Positions 16,041 through 24,818 of a stretch of DNA of 64,000 bases are shown piece after piece; the stretch's first letter is position 1; each line of letters starts with the position of its first letter. Position numbers and translations under genes: made by a program. Location of the stretch: the IMG/VR virus record IMGVR_UViG_3300047548_001122, positions 1 to 64,000 of that record; one strand, given 5' to 3'. The notes below the pieces were generated by a model that was not told the DNA's origin, ran no database searches, and was given only the letters and a program-made list of their open reading frames with translations.

Positions 16041-16164
16041 CTAAAGCACATTATTCTTTCAAGAGGTTCTTAGTCGTACCTGTAGTTTGTTTTAGTGTGC
16101 TTCAGTAATAAAATTCGCGTGTGAGGCGAGAGGAGAGTTCGTACTCTCCTCAAACTTTTTCAAT

Positions 16165-16242
16165 AGCGGGGTAGAGAAGAGGTCGTTTTCGCCGGTCTCA
16201 TAAGCCGGAAATCGTGTGGTTCGAATCCCACCCCCGCTACCA
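16165..16242 (+). tRNA. tRNA-Met(CAT), initiator-like
   Basis: AGCGGGG acceptor, CT-CAT-AA, CCA. Confidence 0.85.
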
Positions 16243-16248
16243 ATATAT

Positions 16249-16323
16249 GGTAGTGTAGCATAACGGTAGTGCGCCACCTTCATACGGTGTTCGGTGTAAG
16301 TTCGATTCTTACCACTACTACCA
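16249..16323 (+). tRNA. tRNA-Met(CAT), elongator-like
   Basis: TT-CAT-AC loop, CCA. Confidence 0.85.
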
Positions 16324-16342
16324 GCATAAGTAGTGTATAATA

Positions 16343-16416
16343 GCCCTTTTAGTTAAATGGTATAACGCTTGACTTGTAATCATGAATTGGTGGTTCGATT
16401 CCATCAAGGGGCACCA
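16343..16416 (+). tRNA. tRNA-Thr(TGT)
   Basis: cloverleaf, CCA. Confidence 0.9.
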
Positions 16417-16432
16417 ATAACAAGGAAGTAAA

Positions 16433-16600
16433 ATGACAGACGGTGGTAAAGGAAGTAAGCCAAGACCATTTTCGGTTACACAAGATAAATTTTCTGATAA
16501 TTGGGATAAAATATTTAAGAATGAATATCAGGATGAATTGAGTACCGAAGATGCTGTGCTAGATGCTTTTGAAGATAAGAAAGAAACAAAGCGGGATTAG
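16433..16600 (+). CDS. 55-aa small phage protein (MTDGGKGSKPRPFSV...NWDKIF)
   Basis: hand-translated, AAGGA SD. Confidence 0.65.
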   Translation: MTDGGKGSKPRPFSVTQDKFSDNWDKIFKNEYQDELSTEDAVLDAFEDKKETKRD

Positions 16601-16664
16601 TTTAATGGTAAAACTACAGATTTCCAATCTGTTGTTATCAGTTCGATTCTGATATCCCGCTCCA
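16591..16664 (+). tRNA. tRNA-Gly(TCC)
   Basis: cloverleaf, CCA. Confidence 0.93.
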
Positions 16665-16670
16665 AAATTT

Positions 16671-16744
16671 GCGGAATTAGTTTAATGGTAGAACGAAACC
16701 TTGCCAAGGTCTAGACACCAGTTCGATTCTGGTATTCCGCTCCA
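16671..16744 (+). tRNA. tRNA-Gly(GCC)
   Basis: cloverleaf, CCA. Confidence 0.92.
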
Positions 16745-16748
16745 AATC

Positions 16749-16823
16749 CTGGCTGTCGTATAACGGATAATACAAGAGACTTCTAATCTTTAAATCGGGG
16801 TTCGATTCCCTGCAGCCGGACCA
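16749..16823 (+). tRNA. tRNA-Arg(TCT)
   Basis: cloverleaf, CCA. Confidence 0.9.
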
Positions 16824-16826
16824 AAT

Positions 16827-16918
16827 GCCCCTGTAGTTTAACGGAAAAACAGCGGATTTATATCCCGTGTGCAACAGATAATTGGCCAATGTGGGTTCGA
16901 CTCCCGCCGGGGGCACCA
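16827..16918 (+). tRNA. tRNA with TAT anticodon (Ile AUA) and long variable region
   Basis: GCGGA-TT-TAT-AT-CCCGT, 22-nt variable region, CCA. Confidence 0.75.
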
Positions 16919-16938
16919 ATAACAATAAGGAGAATGTA

Positions 16939-17409
16939 ATGCGTAAAATCAATATGGATGAAGTTAAAACATTCATTGAATCTCAAAGTCCAGAAACTAA
17001 AATTTATATCGGATGCGACTCCGAACGATTTAAATTGGACGGAGTTTGGTACGCGGATTACATTCTCGCAATCGTAGTGCATATTAATGGAAATAATGGT
17101 TGTAAACTTTTTGGTGAAGTGGTGCGTGAACGAGACTACGACCAAAAGAAAAACAAACCTAGATATCGTTTGATGAATGAAGTTTATAAAGTATCGGAAC
17201 TATATTTGAAACTTGCTGAATGTATTGGTGACCGCCATGTTGAAGTCCATTTGGATATTAATCCTGATGAACATCATGGAAGCAACTGTGTGATGCAAGA
17301 AGCAATTGGATATATTCGTGGTACATGTAACGTAATTCCTTTAATTAAACCTAATGCATTTGCAGCATCTTATGCAGCAGATAGATTTAAAGGATTGCGA
17401 GTAGCTTGA
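16939..17409 (+). CDS. RNase H-like YkuK/DUF458 family protein
   Basis: IYIGCDS, RLMNEV, VHLDIN, KPNAFAASYAAD; AAGGAG SD. Confidence 0.8.
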   Translation: MRKINMDEVKTFIESQSPETKIYIGCDSERFKLDGVWYADYILAIVVHINGNNGCKLFGEVVRERDYDQKKNKPRYRLMNEVYKVSELYLKLAECIGDRHVEVHLDINPDEHHGSNCVMQEAIGYIRGTCNVIPLIKPNAFAASYAADRFKGLRVA

Positions 17410-17413
17410 ATTT

Positions 17414-17454
17414 TATAAATAGACACTCCAGATAATCTTTCAGGAGTGTCTATG
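17414..17454 (+). promoter_or_regulatory. T4 late promoter plus SD-sequestering hairpin
   Basis: TATAAATA 17414-21; ATAGACACTCC/GGAGTGTCTAT. Confidence 0.8.
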
Positions 17455-17904
17455 AAAAAGATAAGTGCAACGGATCAAGAAATAATTGAAGTATCCAATA
17501 CTTCACAATCAGCATCACAAGCAGCACAAATTTTAGGTATTCAATATGGTACATATCGAGTTCATGCTTTACGATTGGGAGTATTTAAACCCAACCAGCG
17601 TGGATTAGGTAGACCAAAACCTAAAAAAGAAGGTAACGGAAAAATTTCACTGAAGGATATCTTTGAAGGAAAACATCCATCATATCAATCTAATAAATTG
17701 AGAAAAAGATTGTTCAGTGAAGGTTATAAAGAGAAAAGGTGTGAGATATGTGGAGTAACTGAATGGAACGGGAAAGAATTATCGTTTCAGCTTGAACATA
17801 TCGACGGAAACTGTTATAATCATACTTTCGATAACTTAATGATTATTTGTCCGAACTGTCATTCACAGACGGACACATATTGTGGTAGAAATAAAACGAA
17901 ATAA
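17452..17904 (+). CDS. free-standing HNH homing endonuclease
   Basis: CEICG, LEHIDGN...N...NL..ICPNCHSQT. Confidence 0.9.
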   Translation: MKKISATDQEIIEVSNTSQSASQAAQILGIQYGTYRVHALRLGVFKPNQRGLGRPKPKKEGNGKISLKDIFEGKHPSYQSNKLRKRLFSEGYKEKRCEICGVTEWNGKELSFQLEHIDGNCYNHTFDNLMIICPNCHSQTDTYCGRNKTK

Positions 17905-17905
17905 T

Positions 17906-18202
17906 GCCTCGATGGTGAAATAGGTAGACACAAGGGACTTGAGATTAAAATTTGAGTGCCCTATTGGAAACGATAGGAGTAGAACCCGTCAAATTCGGTG
18001 AAAGCTTTAAAATGCTAATACCGAGCGAAGCTTAGATAGAAATATCTTTGAACGTGTAGAGACTAGACGGCGGGCATCTAAAGTGAAAGCTATGATGAAG
18101 GTATAGTCCAGACCACAAACAGGAGACTGGTAGTGAAAACTATAGTGGTAAGAAAATCCCTCGCCGCAAGGCGTGCCGGTTCGATTCCGGCTCGAGGTAC
18201 CA
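17906..18202 (+). tRNA. tRNA-Leu(TAA), exons 17906-17940 and 18153-18202
   Basis: joined exons give AGGGA-CT-TAA-AA-TCCCT, long variable arm, CCA. Confidence 0.92.
17941..18152 (+). mobile_element. group I intron (212 nt, no ORF) in the tRNA-Leu anticodon
   Basis: U.G at 5' splice site (ACTT/GAGT), AAATTCGGTGAA, GTAGAGACTA and AAGGTATAGTCC core, terminal G. Confidence 0.9.
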
Positions 18203-18203
18203 A

Positions 18204-18269
18204 ATATTATTTGTCTATTGTTGTGATAGAAAAATATCATTAGACTTTTGTGACTAATTAGTATAAACT
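18204..18269 (+). promoter_or_regulatory. OxyR-like site abutting the ahpC promoter
   Basis: ATAT-N7-CTAT-N7-ATAG-N7-TCAT then TAGACT-17-TAAACT. Confidence 0.55.
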
Positions 18270-18319
18270 ATGACTAAGTATTAGAAATAGTACTTAGTCT
18301 TTTTTTTTGGAGAAAATAA

Positions 18320-18910
18320 ATGAAAACAGTAGGCGATAAACTCGAACCATTTGTAGTAACAGGCATTAATCCTGGAAGTGACAAATTTTTTGATATTACA
18401 GAAAAATCTTTTGATGGTAAATGGAAAGTAATTGTTTACTATCCAAAAGATTTCACATTCGTATGTCCAACAGAAATTGTTGCATATGATAAATTGTTCC
18501 AAGATTTTGCAGACCGTGATGCAGTTCTTCTTACCGGTTCAACCGATAACGAATTTTGCAAACTTGCATGGCAAAATGCACATGAAGATTTGAAGAAAAT
18601 CAAACACATTCAGTTTGCTGACACTATTCGTCAAGGTTATCAAACTGGCGATACGCCATCAACACTTGGTGGAGAAAGTAACTATCGTTGGAATGAAGGT
18701 TTGATTAATCAATTAGGAGTTTTTTATGAACCAGCGGGGGCTGCTCTTCGTGCTACTTTTATTGTTGACCCTGATAACGTTATTCAACACGTTACGGTTA
18801 ACAACCTCAATGTAGGTCGTTCGCCAGAAGAAACTCTGCGTGTATTGGATGCTTTGCAAACAGGAGAATTGTGTGCATGTAACCGTACAGTTGGTGGAGA
18901 AACACTATAA
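18320..18910 (+). CDS. ahpC: peroxiredoxin AhpC
   Basis: YPKDFTFVCPTE, RATFIVDP, GELC. Confidence 0.95.
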   Translation: MKTVGDKLEPFVVTGINPGSDKFFDITEKSFDGKWKVIVYYPKDFTFVCPTEIVAYDKLFQDFADRDAVLLTGSTDNEFCKLAWQNAHEDLKKIKHIQFADTIRQGYQTGDTPSTLGGESNYRWNEGLINQLGVFYEPAGAALRATFIVDPDNVIQHVTVNNLNVGRSPEETLRVLDALQTGELCACNRTVGGETL

Positions 18911-18981
18911 TGAATTACAGAGAACGATTTGAATATTTGAAAAACAACCATTGTCCTTCATGCAAAGGAGGTGTAAAATGA
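18910..18981 (+). CDS. 23-aa CxxC micro-peptide
   Basis: MNYRERFEYLKNNHCPSCKGGVK; TAATG and ATGA overlaps. Confidence 0.45.
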   Translation: MNYRERFEYLKNNHCPSCKGGVK

Positions 18982-19487
18982 GTTGGGTTGAACAATTAAA
19001 AGAAAGTCTACCAGACTATGCTAAAGATACAAAACTTAATCTTGATGCAGTAATCAATCGTTCATCATTACCAGTTGAAGAAGCAAATGCTTTAGCTTTA
19101 GCTGCAGCATTTGCAACAAGTAATGTGAAACTTTGGACATACATTTCTTCTTTCGTGGAAGAAACTGAAAAAAATGCTGCTCTGTCAGCGGCGACAATTA
19201 TGGCTCAAAACAACGTTTGGTACCCCTACGTTGAAATGGCTGAAGATGCAAATCTTACAGGGTTGCCAGCTCAGTTACGTATGAATGTCATCAGTAGTCA
19301 TGGGGGCACTACCAAAGCCAAATTTGAGGCATATAGTCTTGCAGCTTCAATTGTTGGAAAATGTCATTTTTGCGTAAAAGCGCATTATGAGACTTTGAAG
19401 AAAGAGGGTTATACCGTAGAACAACTCCGAGACATCGGAAGAATCGCAGCTGTTATAACCAGTCTATCAAAAGTCTTGGTTGGTTGA
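18978..19487 (+). CDS. ahpD: alkylhydroperoxidase AhpD
   Basis: LPDYAKDTKLNL, MAQNNVWY, CHFCVKAH; AGGAGG SD. Confidence 0.93.
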   Translation: MSWVEQLKESLPDYAKDTKLNLDAVINRSSLPVEEANALALAAAFATSNVKLWTYISSFVEETEKNAALSAATIMAQNNVWYPYVEMAEDANLTGLPAQLRMNVISSHGGTTKAKFEAYSLAASIVGKCHFCVKAHYETLKKEGYTVEQLRDIGRIAAVITSLSKVLVG

Positions 19488-19489
19488 TA

Positions 19490-19518
19490 AAAGGGAACTT
19501 TGGTTCCCTTTTTTTTTC
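19490..19518 (+). terminator. intrinsic terminator
   Basis: AAAGGGAAC/GTTCCCTTT plus U run. Confidence 0.85.
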
Positions 19519-19660
19519 GCCTGCGGCTTAGATTGCCTAAATACTTACTTGATCTAAATCAATTTTTTATGTATTTCGTAAAAAATCTATAACCACATTA
19601 AATTGTGCTGTTCATCAAAAAAGTGCTTTTCGTCATTTGTTTTAAGGGGAAAACACTATC

Positions 19661-19876
19661 ATGTCCGACGATTCGGAAGATATAAAATCTAAATTAGAGA
19701 AGTTTAAACCAAAAAAGAAAAAAATAACAGTACCAACAGAATTTTTAGATAATGCAAAAAGTTATGATGACAAGTTAATTGTCGTGAAAATGTTTGCGGA
19801 GAAGAATAAACAAAATACTGTAAAACTGTTTAAAAACATGTTGAAAGATTCAATAGAGAAAAAGAAAAAAGTTTAA
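19661..19876 (+). CDS. hypothetical Lys-rich protein
   Basis: ORF track. Confidence 0.6.
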   Translation: MSDDSEDIKSKLEKFKPKKKKITVPTEFLDNAKSYDDKLIVVKMFAEKNKQNTVKLFKNMLKDSIEKKKKV

Positions 19877-19879
19877 AAA

Positions 19880-20653
19880 ATGGATCCATTAACACTATTT
19901 GCTTTAGCTAATGGTGCGGTTCAAGCAGTAAAAAAAGGTTGTGAATTATATAAAGAAATAGCATCAGCAGCAGGTGATGTTAAAGGTATTTTAAATGATC
20001 TTGATGAGCAGTTTCATTCGAAATTTAAAGATCGTTCCCCAACGGTTGCTGAAAAAAATCAATTTATACAAGAAAAAAACCGTATAATTGAATTAAGTAA
20101 ACAACAACCAAATGATATTTACACAACCATAGGTGAAGAGCTTGGAGTATATTTTGAAAATTTTGCCAAATGTCAAGCTATTTTTGAAGAAGAAGAAAAA
20201 CACGCACTTGAGGTTTACACTGGAGAAACCAGTTTAGGTAAAAGAGCCTTACAAAGAGTATTGATGCAAAGCAGATTAGTTGCTATGCAGGCCGAGTTGC
20301 GTGAATTGATGGTATATAATTGTCCTCCAGAATTAGGTGATCTCTATACTAGAGTTGAAAATATGATGGAGAGAATGAAAAAAGAACAATCATATGCTTG
20401 GGCTAAAAAAAGAGAATCGGACAAAATTGCCGAACAAAAAAGAATACGTAGATTAAATCGCATTAAATCTAAAATTTGGAAATACGCTTTAATTATTATT
20501 ACCGGACTTTACCTAATATGGTTAATTTGGGCAATAGTTCAAATTAGAATAGAAAACAATCCAGAATTAGGCCGTTGTTTAATACCGAAAGGAACATGGC
20601 CTTATCAACATTACAACAATTTAAAATGGATAAATTGTGAAATACTTCAATAG
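19880..20653 (+). CDS. coiled-coil protein with C-terminal TM helix
   Basis: 257 aa. Confidence 0.75.
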   Translation: MDPLTLFALANGAVQAVKKGCELYKEIASAAGDVKGILNDLDEQFHSKFKDRSPTVAEKNQFIQEKNRIIELSKQQPNDIYTTIGEELGVYFENFAKCQAIFEEEEKHALEVYTGETSLGKRALQRVLMQSRLVAMQAELRELMVYNCPPELGDLYTRVENMMERMKKEQSYAWAKKRESDKIAEQKRIRRLNRIKSKIWKYALIIITGLYLIWLIWAIVQIRIENNPELGRCLIPKGTWPYQHYNNLKWINCEILQ

Positions 20654-20765
20654 GCAAATGTTGTAACAACACAACAGTTAAAATTACCTGCTTGACTTTC
20701 ATCTAAGAGTTCTATATAATAGTGTAGGTGTAAAAATTTATTAGGCAATATTTGAGGATTAAAAA

Positions 20766-21845
20766 ATGGGAAGAATTCTTGACGCTAATCAGGCTTTTGC
20801 TGGAAGTGAACCTAAATTTTCCACGGAACTAACACAATTGGACTTAATGAAGTCTTTGTCTTGGTATGCACAAAACAAAGATACCAAAGACGCCTACAAG
20901 TACGCTTCCGATTATTTCAAGAAAAAATATAAATTAAAAGTTGATGATGTAGTTAAAGAAAAATCTCCAACGTTTGGTTATATTTGTAGAATTTTGAGTA
21001 ATGGTGGAGAACTGTCTACTAAAGATAGAGTTTGGTTTGAAAAAGAAGTTGAAGATGTTAAAAAATCTCTATCGAACAAAAAAGTAGTTGTAGATGCTCC
21101 TGTTATAACAAACGTTATAAACATTCAAGATAGAATTAAAGAAAAATCAAAAGAATGTATTGGTGAACTAGAAGGTCAAATTGATGAATTGATTGAATCT
21201 AATTTTTCCGCCAATGTTTCTCCTTATTCTATTATGTACACGATGGAAATAAAAGGAGTTCACACTAAACATATTTCTGAATGGTTTAAAGAAAAGAGAG
21301 TACACTACGATTCTGTAATGACTTCGAAAGATGATGATATAAAAGAATCATATTCAAACTTCAAAAAAACAGAATTGAAAAAGTTGGTCGCATTTTGTGA
21401 CCAAGTTATTTTGGATTGTTCTAGAGTTACTGGTGAAGCTTTGAAAACTAGAAAACCTAGGAAGAGAAAAGTTAAAACTGCCGATCAACTTACGGCAAAG
21501 GCAAAATATTGTAAAGAATTTAAAGAATTAAACTTGACATCCATTGATATTAAGAGTATAATAGGTGTTATGCAACTTTGGGTATACAATACCAAGAATC
21601 GTAAACTTGGTGTTTATTCTGCTATTGATGCTTCTGGACTAAGTATTAAGGGAAGTAGTATAATTAATTTTAGTTCGGATAAATCGACACAGAAAACGTT
21701 ACGTAAACCTGATGTTACACTGCCTGAAATATTAAAAGGCGGTAAAGTTTATTTGAGAAACGCTCTTGATGGCATTAAAGCTGTTGCAAGTCCCTTGAGT
21801 GGACGATTGAATGAAGAAATTATTTTACTTAGGGTAACAAAATGA
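20766..21845 (+). CDS. conserved T4-like phage hypothetical protein
   Basis: 359 aa; own promoter TTGACT 20692..TATAAT 20715. Confidence 0.8.
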   Translation: MGRILDANQAFAGSEPKFSTELTQLDLMKSLSWYAQNKDTKDAYKYASDYFKKKYKLKVDDVVKEKSPTFGYICRILSNGGELSTKDRVWFEKEVEDVKKSLSNKKVVVDAPVITNVINIQDRIKEKSKECIGELEGQIDELIESNFSANVSPYSIMYTMEIKGVHTKHISEWFKEKRVHYDSVMTSKDDDIKESYSNFKKTELKKLVAFCDQVILDCSRVTGEALKTRKPRKRKVKTADQLTAKAKYCKEFKELNLTSIDIKSIIGVMQLWVYNTKNRKLGVYSAIDASGLSIKGSSIINFSSDKSTQKTLRKPDVTLPEILKGGKVYLRNALDGIKAVASPLSGRLNEEIILLRVTK

Positions 21846-22681
21846 AAATCGCAGTATGTAGTGACCTACACCTAGAGTTTGGTGACCTAGAACTTCACAA
21901 TGAAGAAAATGCGGATGTGTTGATTCTCGGTGGAGATATTTTTATTGCAGATGAAATGCAAGGATTTAGTGCAGATGATTCTGGTAATATCATCACTAAA
22001 GAATTCTCATTATTGGCAAGAGCTGAACGATACAATAATTTTATTGTTCGATGCTGTGAAAGATTTAAGCATGTAATCATGATTATGGGTAATCACGAAC
22101 ACTATCATGGAGACTTTGCAAAAAGTGCGAAAATAATTCGTGGCACTTTTGGTGATTTACACAATTTCCATTTCTTAGACAAAGAATGGCGCATCATCAA
22201 CGGTATTCTGTTTTTCGGTGGAACCTTGTGGACTAATATGAACAATGAAGATAGAACGACGATTCACAATATGCACCATTATATGAATGATTATCGTCAG
22301 ATCAAAAATAGTTTGGTTGGAGAAGGATGTCGTTTTCATCCACAAGATTCTATTAAAGACCACTATGAGTTTAAACAAGAATTGGACAATGTTTTAGAAA
22401 AACATCCTAATATGCCGGTTGTGGTTGTTGGACATCACGCACCAAGTAAAGTTAGTACTCATCCTAGATATAAAGATGAAACTATTATGAATGGCGCATA
22501 TAGTACTAATTTGGATGATTTTATTTTAGATCGTAGGCAAATTAAATTGTGGACTCACGGCCACACGCACGAAGAATTTGATTATATGATTGGTACTACC
22601 CGCATCGTTTGTAATCCTAGAGGTTATGATGGTTATGAAGATAGAGCAGAGAACTTTAAATTAAAGTATGTGGAGATTTGA
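21842..22681 (+). CDS. metallophosphoesterase
   Basis: SDLHLEF, GD, GNHEHY, HHAP, HGHTH, NPRGY. Confidence 0.9.
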   Translation: MKIAVCSDLHLEFGDLELHNEENADVLILGGDIFIADEMQGFSADDSGNIITKEFSLLARAERYNNFIVRCCERFKHVIMIMGNHEHYHGDFAKSAKIIRGTFGDLHNFHFLDKEWRIINGILFFGGTLWTNMNNEDRTTIHNMHHYMNDYRQIKNSLVGEGCRFHPQDSIKDHYEFKQELDNVLEKHPNMPVVVVGHHAPSKVSTHPRYKDETIMNGAYSTNLDDFILDRRQIKLWTHGHTHEEFDYMIGTTRIVCNPRGYDGYEDRAENFKLKYVEI

Positions 22682-22713
22682 ACTAAATACTTCATAAACT
22701 TATTGAAAATAAA

Positions 22714-23562
22714 ATGATTATATTTGATTACAACCAGGTGGCCATTTCGTCATTGATGGAACAAATTGGATCTTCTAAAAAACCCGTTGAGGAAGATTTG
22801 GTACGTCATATGATATTGAATGTGATTCGAACCTACGTCAAGAAATTTAAAGAAAAATACGGACCAGAAGTTATCATTGCATGTGATAATAAAAACTATT
22901 GGCGCCGAGAAATATTTCCCGAATACAAAGCTTCCAGAAAGAAAACAAGAGATGCTTCTGGTCATGATTGGACTTCAATCTTTGAAGTTTTGGGAAAAAT
23001 AAAACAGGAACTTAAAGATCATTCGCCTTATAAAGTTATTGATGTTGATACTTGTGAGGCGGATGATATCATTGCAGTTTTGACGATGAAACATAGTTCC
23101 ACCCAAAATGTTATGATCTTATCTTCAGATAAGGACTTTTCACAACTACAGAAATATCCTAATGTTGAACAATATTCTCCAATATTGAAAAAACATATCA
23201 AAGAACATTTTCCTTCCGTACAACTAAAACAATTAATTATTCGTGGTGATAAAGGTGATGGCATTCCCAATATCTTATCGAAAGATGATGTGTTTGTTAC
23301 TGGTGGTCGACAGAAACCAATTACTGAAGCTAAAATAATTAATTGGTTGAATCAAGAACCAAAAGATTTTTGTAATGAAGAAATGCTTCGTAATTATAGT
23401 AGAAATGAGATGCTTATTGACTTGTCAAAGATACCAGAAAATTTAATCAATCAAATTTTGGAAAAATACGACACTGTTAAAGGTAAGTCTAAGAACGAAT
23501 TCATGAATTACATGATTAAAAATAAACTCAAGAATTTACTTGAAGTGATAGACGAATTTTAA
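22714..23562 (+). CDS. rnh: T4 RNase H (5'-3' exonuclease)
   Basis: YWRR..FPEYKA.R, EADDII, SSDKDF, GDKGDGIPNI. Confidence 0.93.
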   Translation: MIIFDYNQVAISSLMEQIGSSKKPVEEDLVRHMILNVIRTYVKKFKEKYGPEVIIACDNKNYWRREIFPEYKASRKKTRDASGHDWTSIFEVLGKIKQELKDHSPYKVIDVDTCEADDIIAVLTMKHSSTQNVMILSSDKDFSQLQKYPNVEQYSPILKKHIKEHFPSVQLKQLIIRGDKGDGIPNILSKDDVFVTGGRQKPITEAKIINWLNQEPKDFCNEEMLRNYSRNEMLIDLSKIPENLINQILEKYDTVKGKSKNEFMNYMIKNKLKNLLEVIDEF

Positions 23563-23573
23563 AGGATAAAAAA

Positions 23574-23999
23574 ATGTATTTGTATTCTGAAATTATGGAG
23601 ATGTTTGAGAAAGCTCCAACAAAAAAAGAAAAAATTGAAGTTTTAAAGAGATTTGAACATCCAAACTTCAAAGAGTTTTTTAATTATGCTTTTAATCCAG
23701 ATATTCAATTCGATGTTGAAATTCCTGATTATAAGTCGTCGGTTGAACCGGCAGGATTAAACACAGCATACTTGGATGCAGAATTGGGTAGAACTTATAG
23801 GTTTATTGTAGGCCATCCAAAAAGAGCTAATGGACTTAAACCTAAAAAACAAACTGAACTACTTTTGATTCTTTTGGAAACTCTCCATAAAGATGAAGCT
23901 GATTTATATGTAAGAATGCTCAGAAAAGATTTGAAGGTGAAATTTCTTACCAAAAAATTTATCAAAGAAGTTTATCCTGATTTGCCATTTGAGGCTTAA
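23574..23999 (+). CDS. conserved T4-like hypothetical protein
   Basis: LLETLHKDEA motif, follows rnh. Confidence 0.75.
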   Translation: MYLYSEIMEMFEKAPTKKEKIEVLKRFEHPNFKEFFNYAFNPDIQFDVEIPDYKSSVEPAGLNTAYLDAELGRTYRFIVGHPKRANGLKPKKQTELLLILLETLHKDEADLYVRMLRKDLKVKFLTKKFIKEVYPDLPFEA

Positions 24000-24818
24000 A
24001 TGAAATATGTAATTGTATCTGGCGGTTTTGATCCAATTCATTCTGGTCATATTGAGTTATTGAAAAAGGCATCTTCGCTTGGAGATAAGTTAATTGTTGG
24101 TGTCAACAGTGATGCTTGGTTGTCTAGAAAAAAAGGCAAACCTTTTATGCCGTTTAATGAAAGAAAGAAAGTATTAGAATCTATAAAATGGGTAGATGAA
24201 GTTTGGGAGTTTGATGACTCCGATAATTCTGCTTGCAAATTACTTGAGAGTGTTATAGAATACACTTTACGTCATTCAAACATTTTTGACCCACCTGAAA
24301 TTATATTTGCTAATGGTGGTGATAGAACTGAAAAAAATATACCAGAAATGAAAGTAAATGGAGTTGAATTTGTTTTTGGTATAGGTGGCGATGATAAGAA
24401 AAATTCAAGTTCTTGGTTATTGGAAGAATGGAAATGTCCAAAAACCGAAAGACCTTGGGGTTACTATCGTGTGCTGCATGAAAATGGTAAAGAAGTTAAA
24501 GTAAAAGAGTTGACGGTAGAACCCGGTCAATCTTTGAGTATGCAAAAGCATGAATTGAGATCCGAACACTGGTTCATTGTTGAAGGTGATGCTGAAGTTT
24601 ATACGATAAACAAAAAATCAGACCAAGAACTGGTTGGAATATTTCATAAACATCAGTCGTTACATATTAAAAAATCTGAGTGGCATCAATTATGCAACCC
24701 AGGAAATACACCTTTAAAAATGGTTGAAATACAATATGGTGAAAAATGTGAAGAAGAAGATATTGAAAGGACTAAAATAAATGAAAGTAGCAGTAGTTAC
24801 ACCAACGATAGGATCTGA
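24000..24818 (+). CDS. cytidylyltransferase-like domain fused to mannose-6-P-isomerase-type cupin
   Basis: GGFDPIHSGH, ANGGDR; RPWGYY, SMQKH..RSEHW, EIQYG. Confidence 0.88.
   Translation: MKYVIVSGGFDPIHSGHIELLKKASSLGDKLIVGVNSDAWLSRKKGKPFMPFNERKKVLESIKWVDEVWEFDDSDNSACKLLESVIEYTLRHSNIFDPPEIIFANGGDRTEKNIPEMKVNGVEFVFGIGGDDKKNSSSWLLEEWKCPKTERPWGYYRVLHENGKEVKVKELTVEPGQSLSMQKHELRSEHWFIVEGDAEVYTINKKSDQELVGIFHKHQSLHIKKSEWHQLCNPGNTPLKMVEIQYGEKCEEEDIERTKINESSSSYTNDRI

Noticed and set aside
11054-16976. Track ORFs such as 11129, 11900, 13479, 14048, 14663, 15295 and 16677
   Set aside because: They overlap tRNA or ncRNA genes and lack SDs; shadow ORFs.
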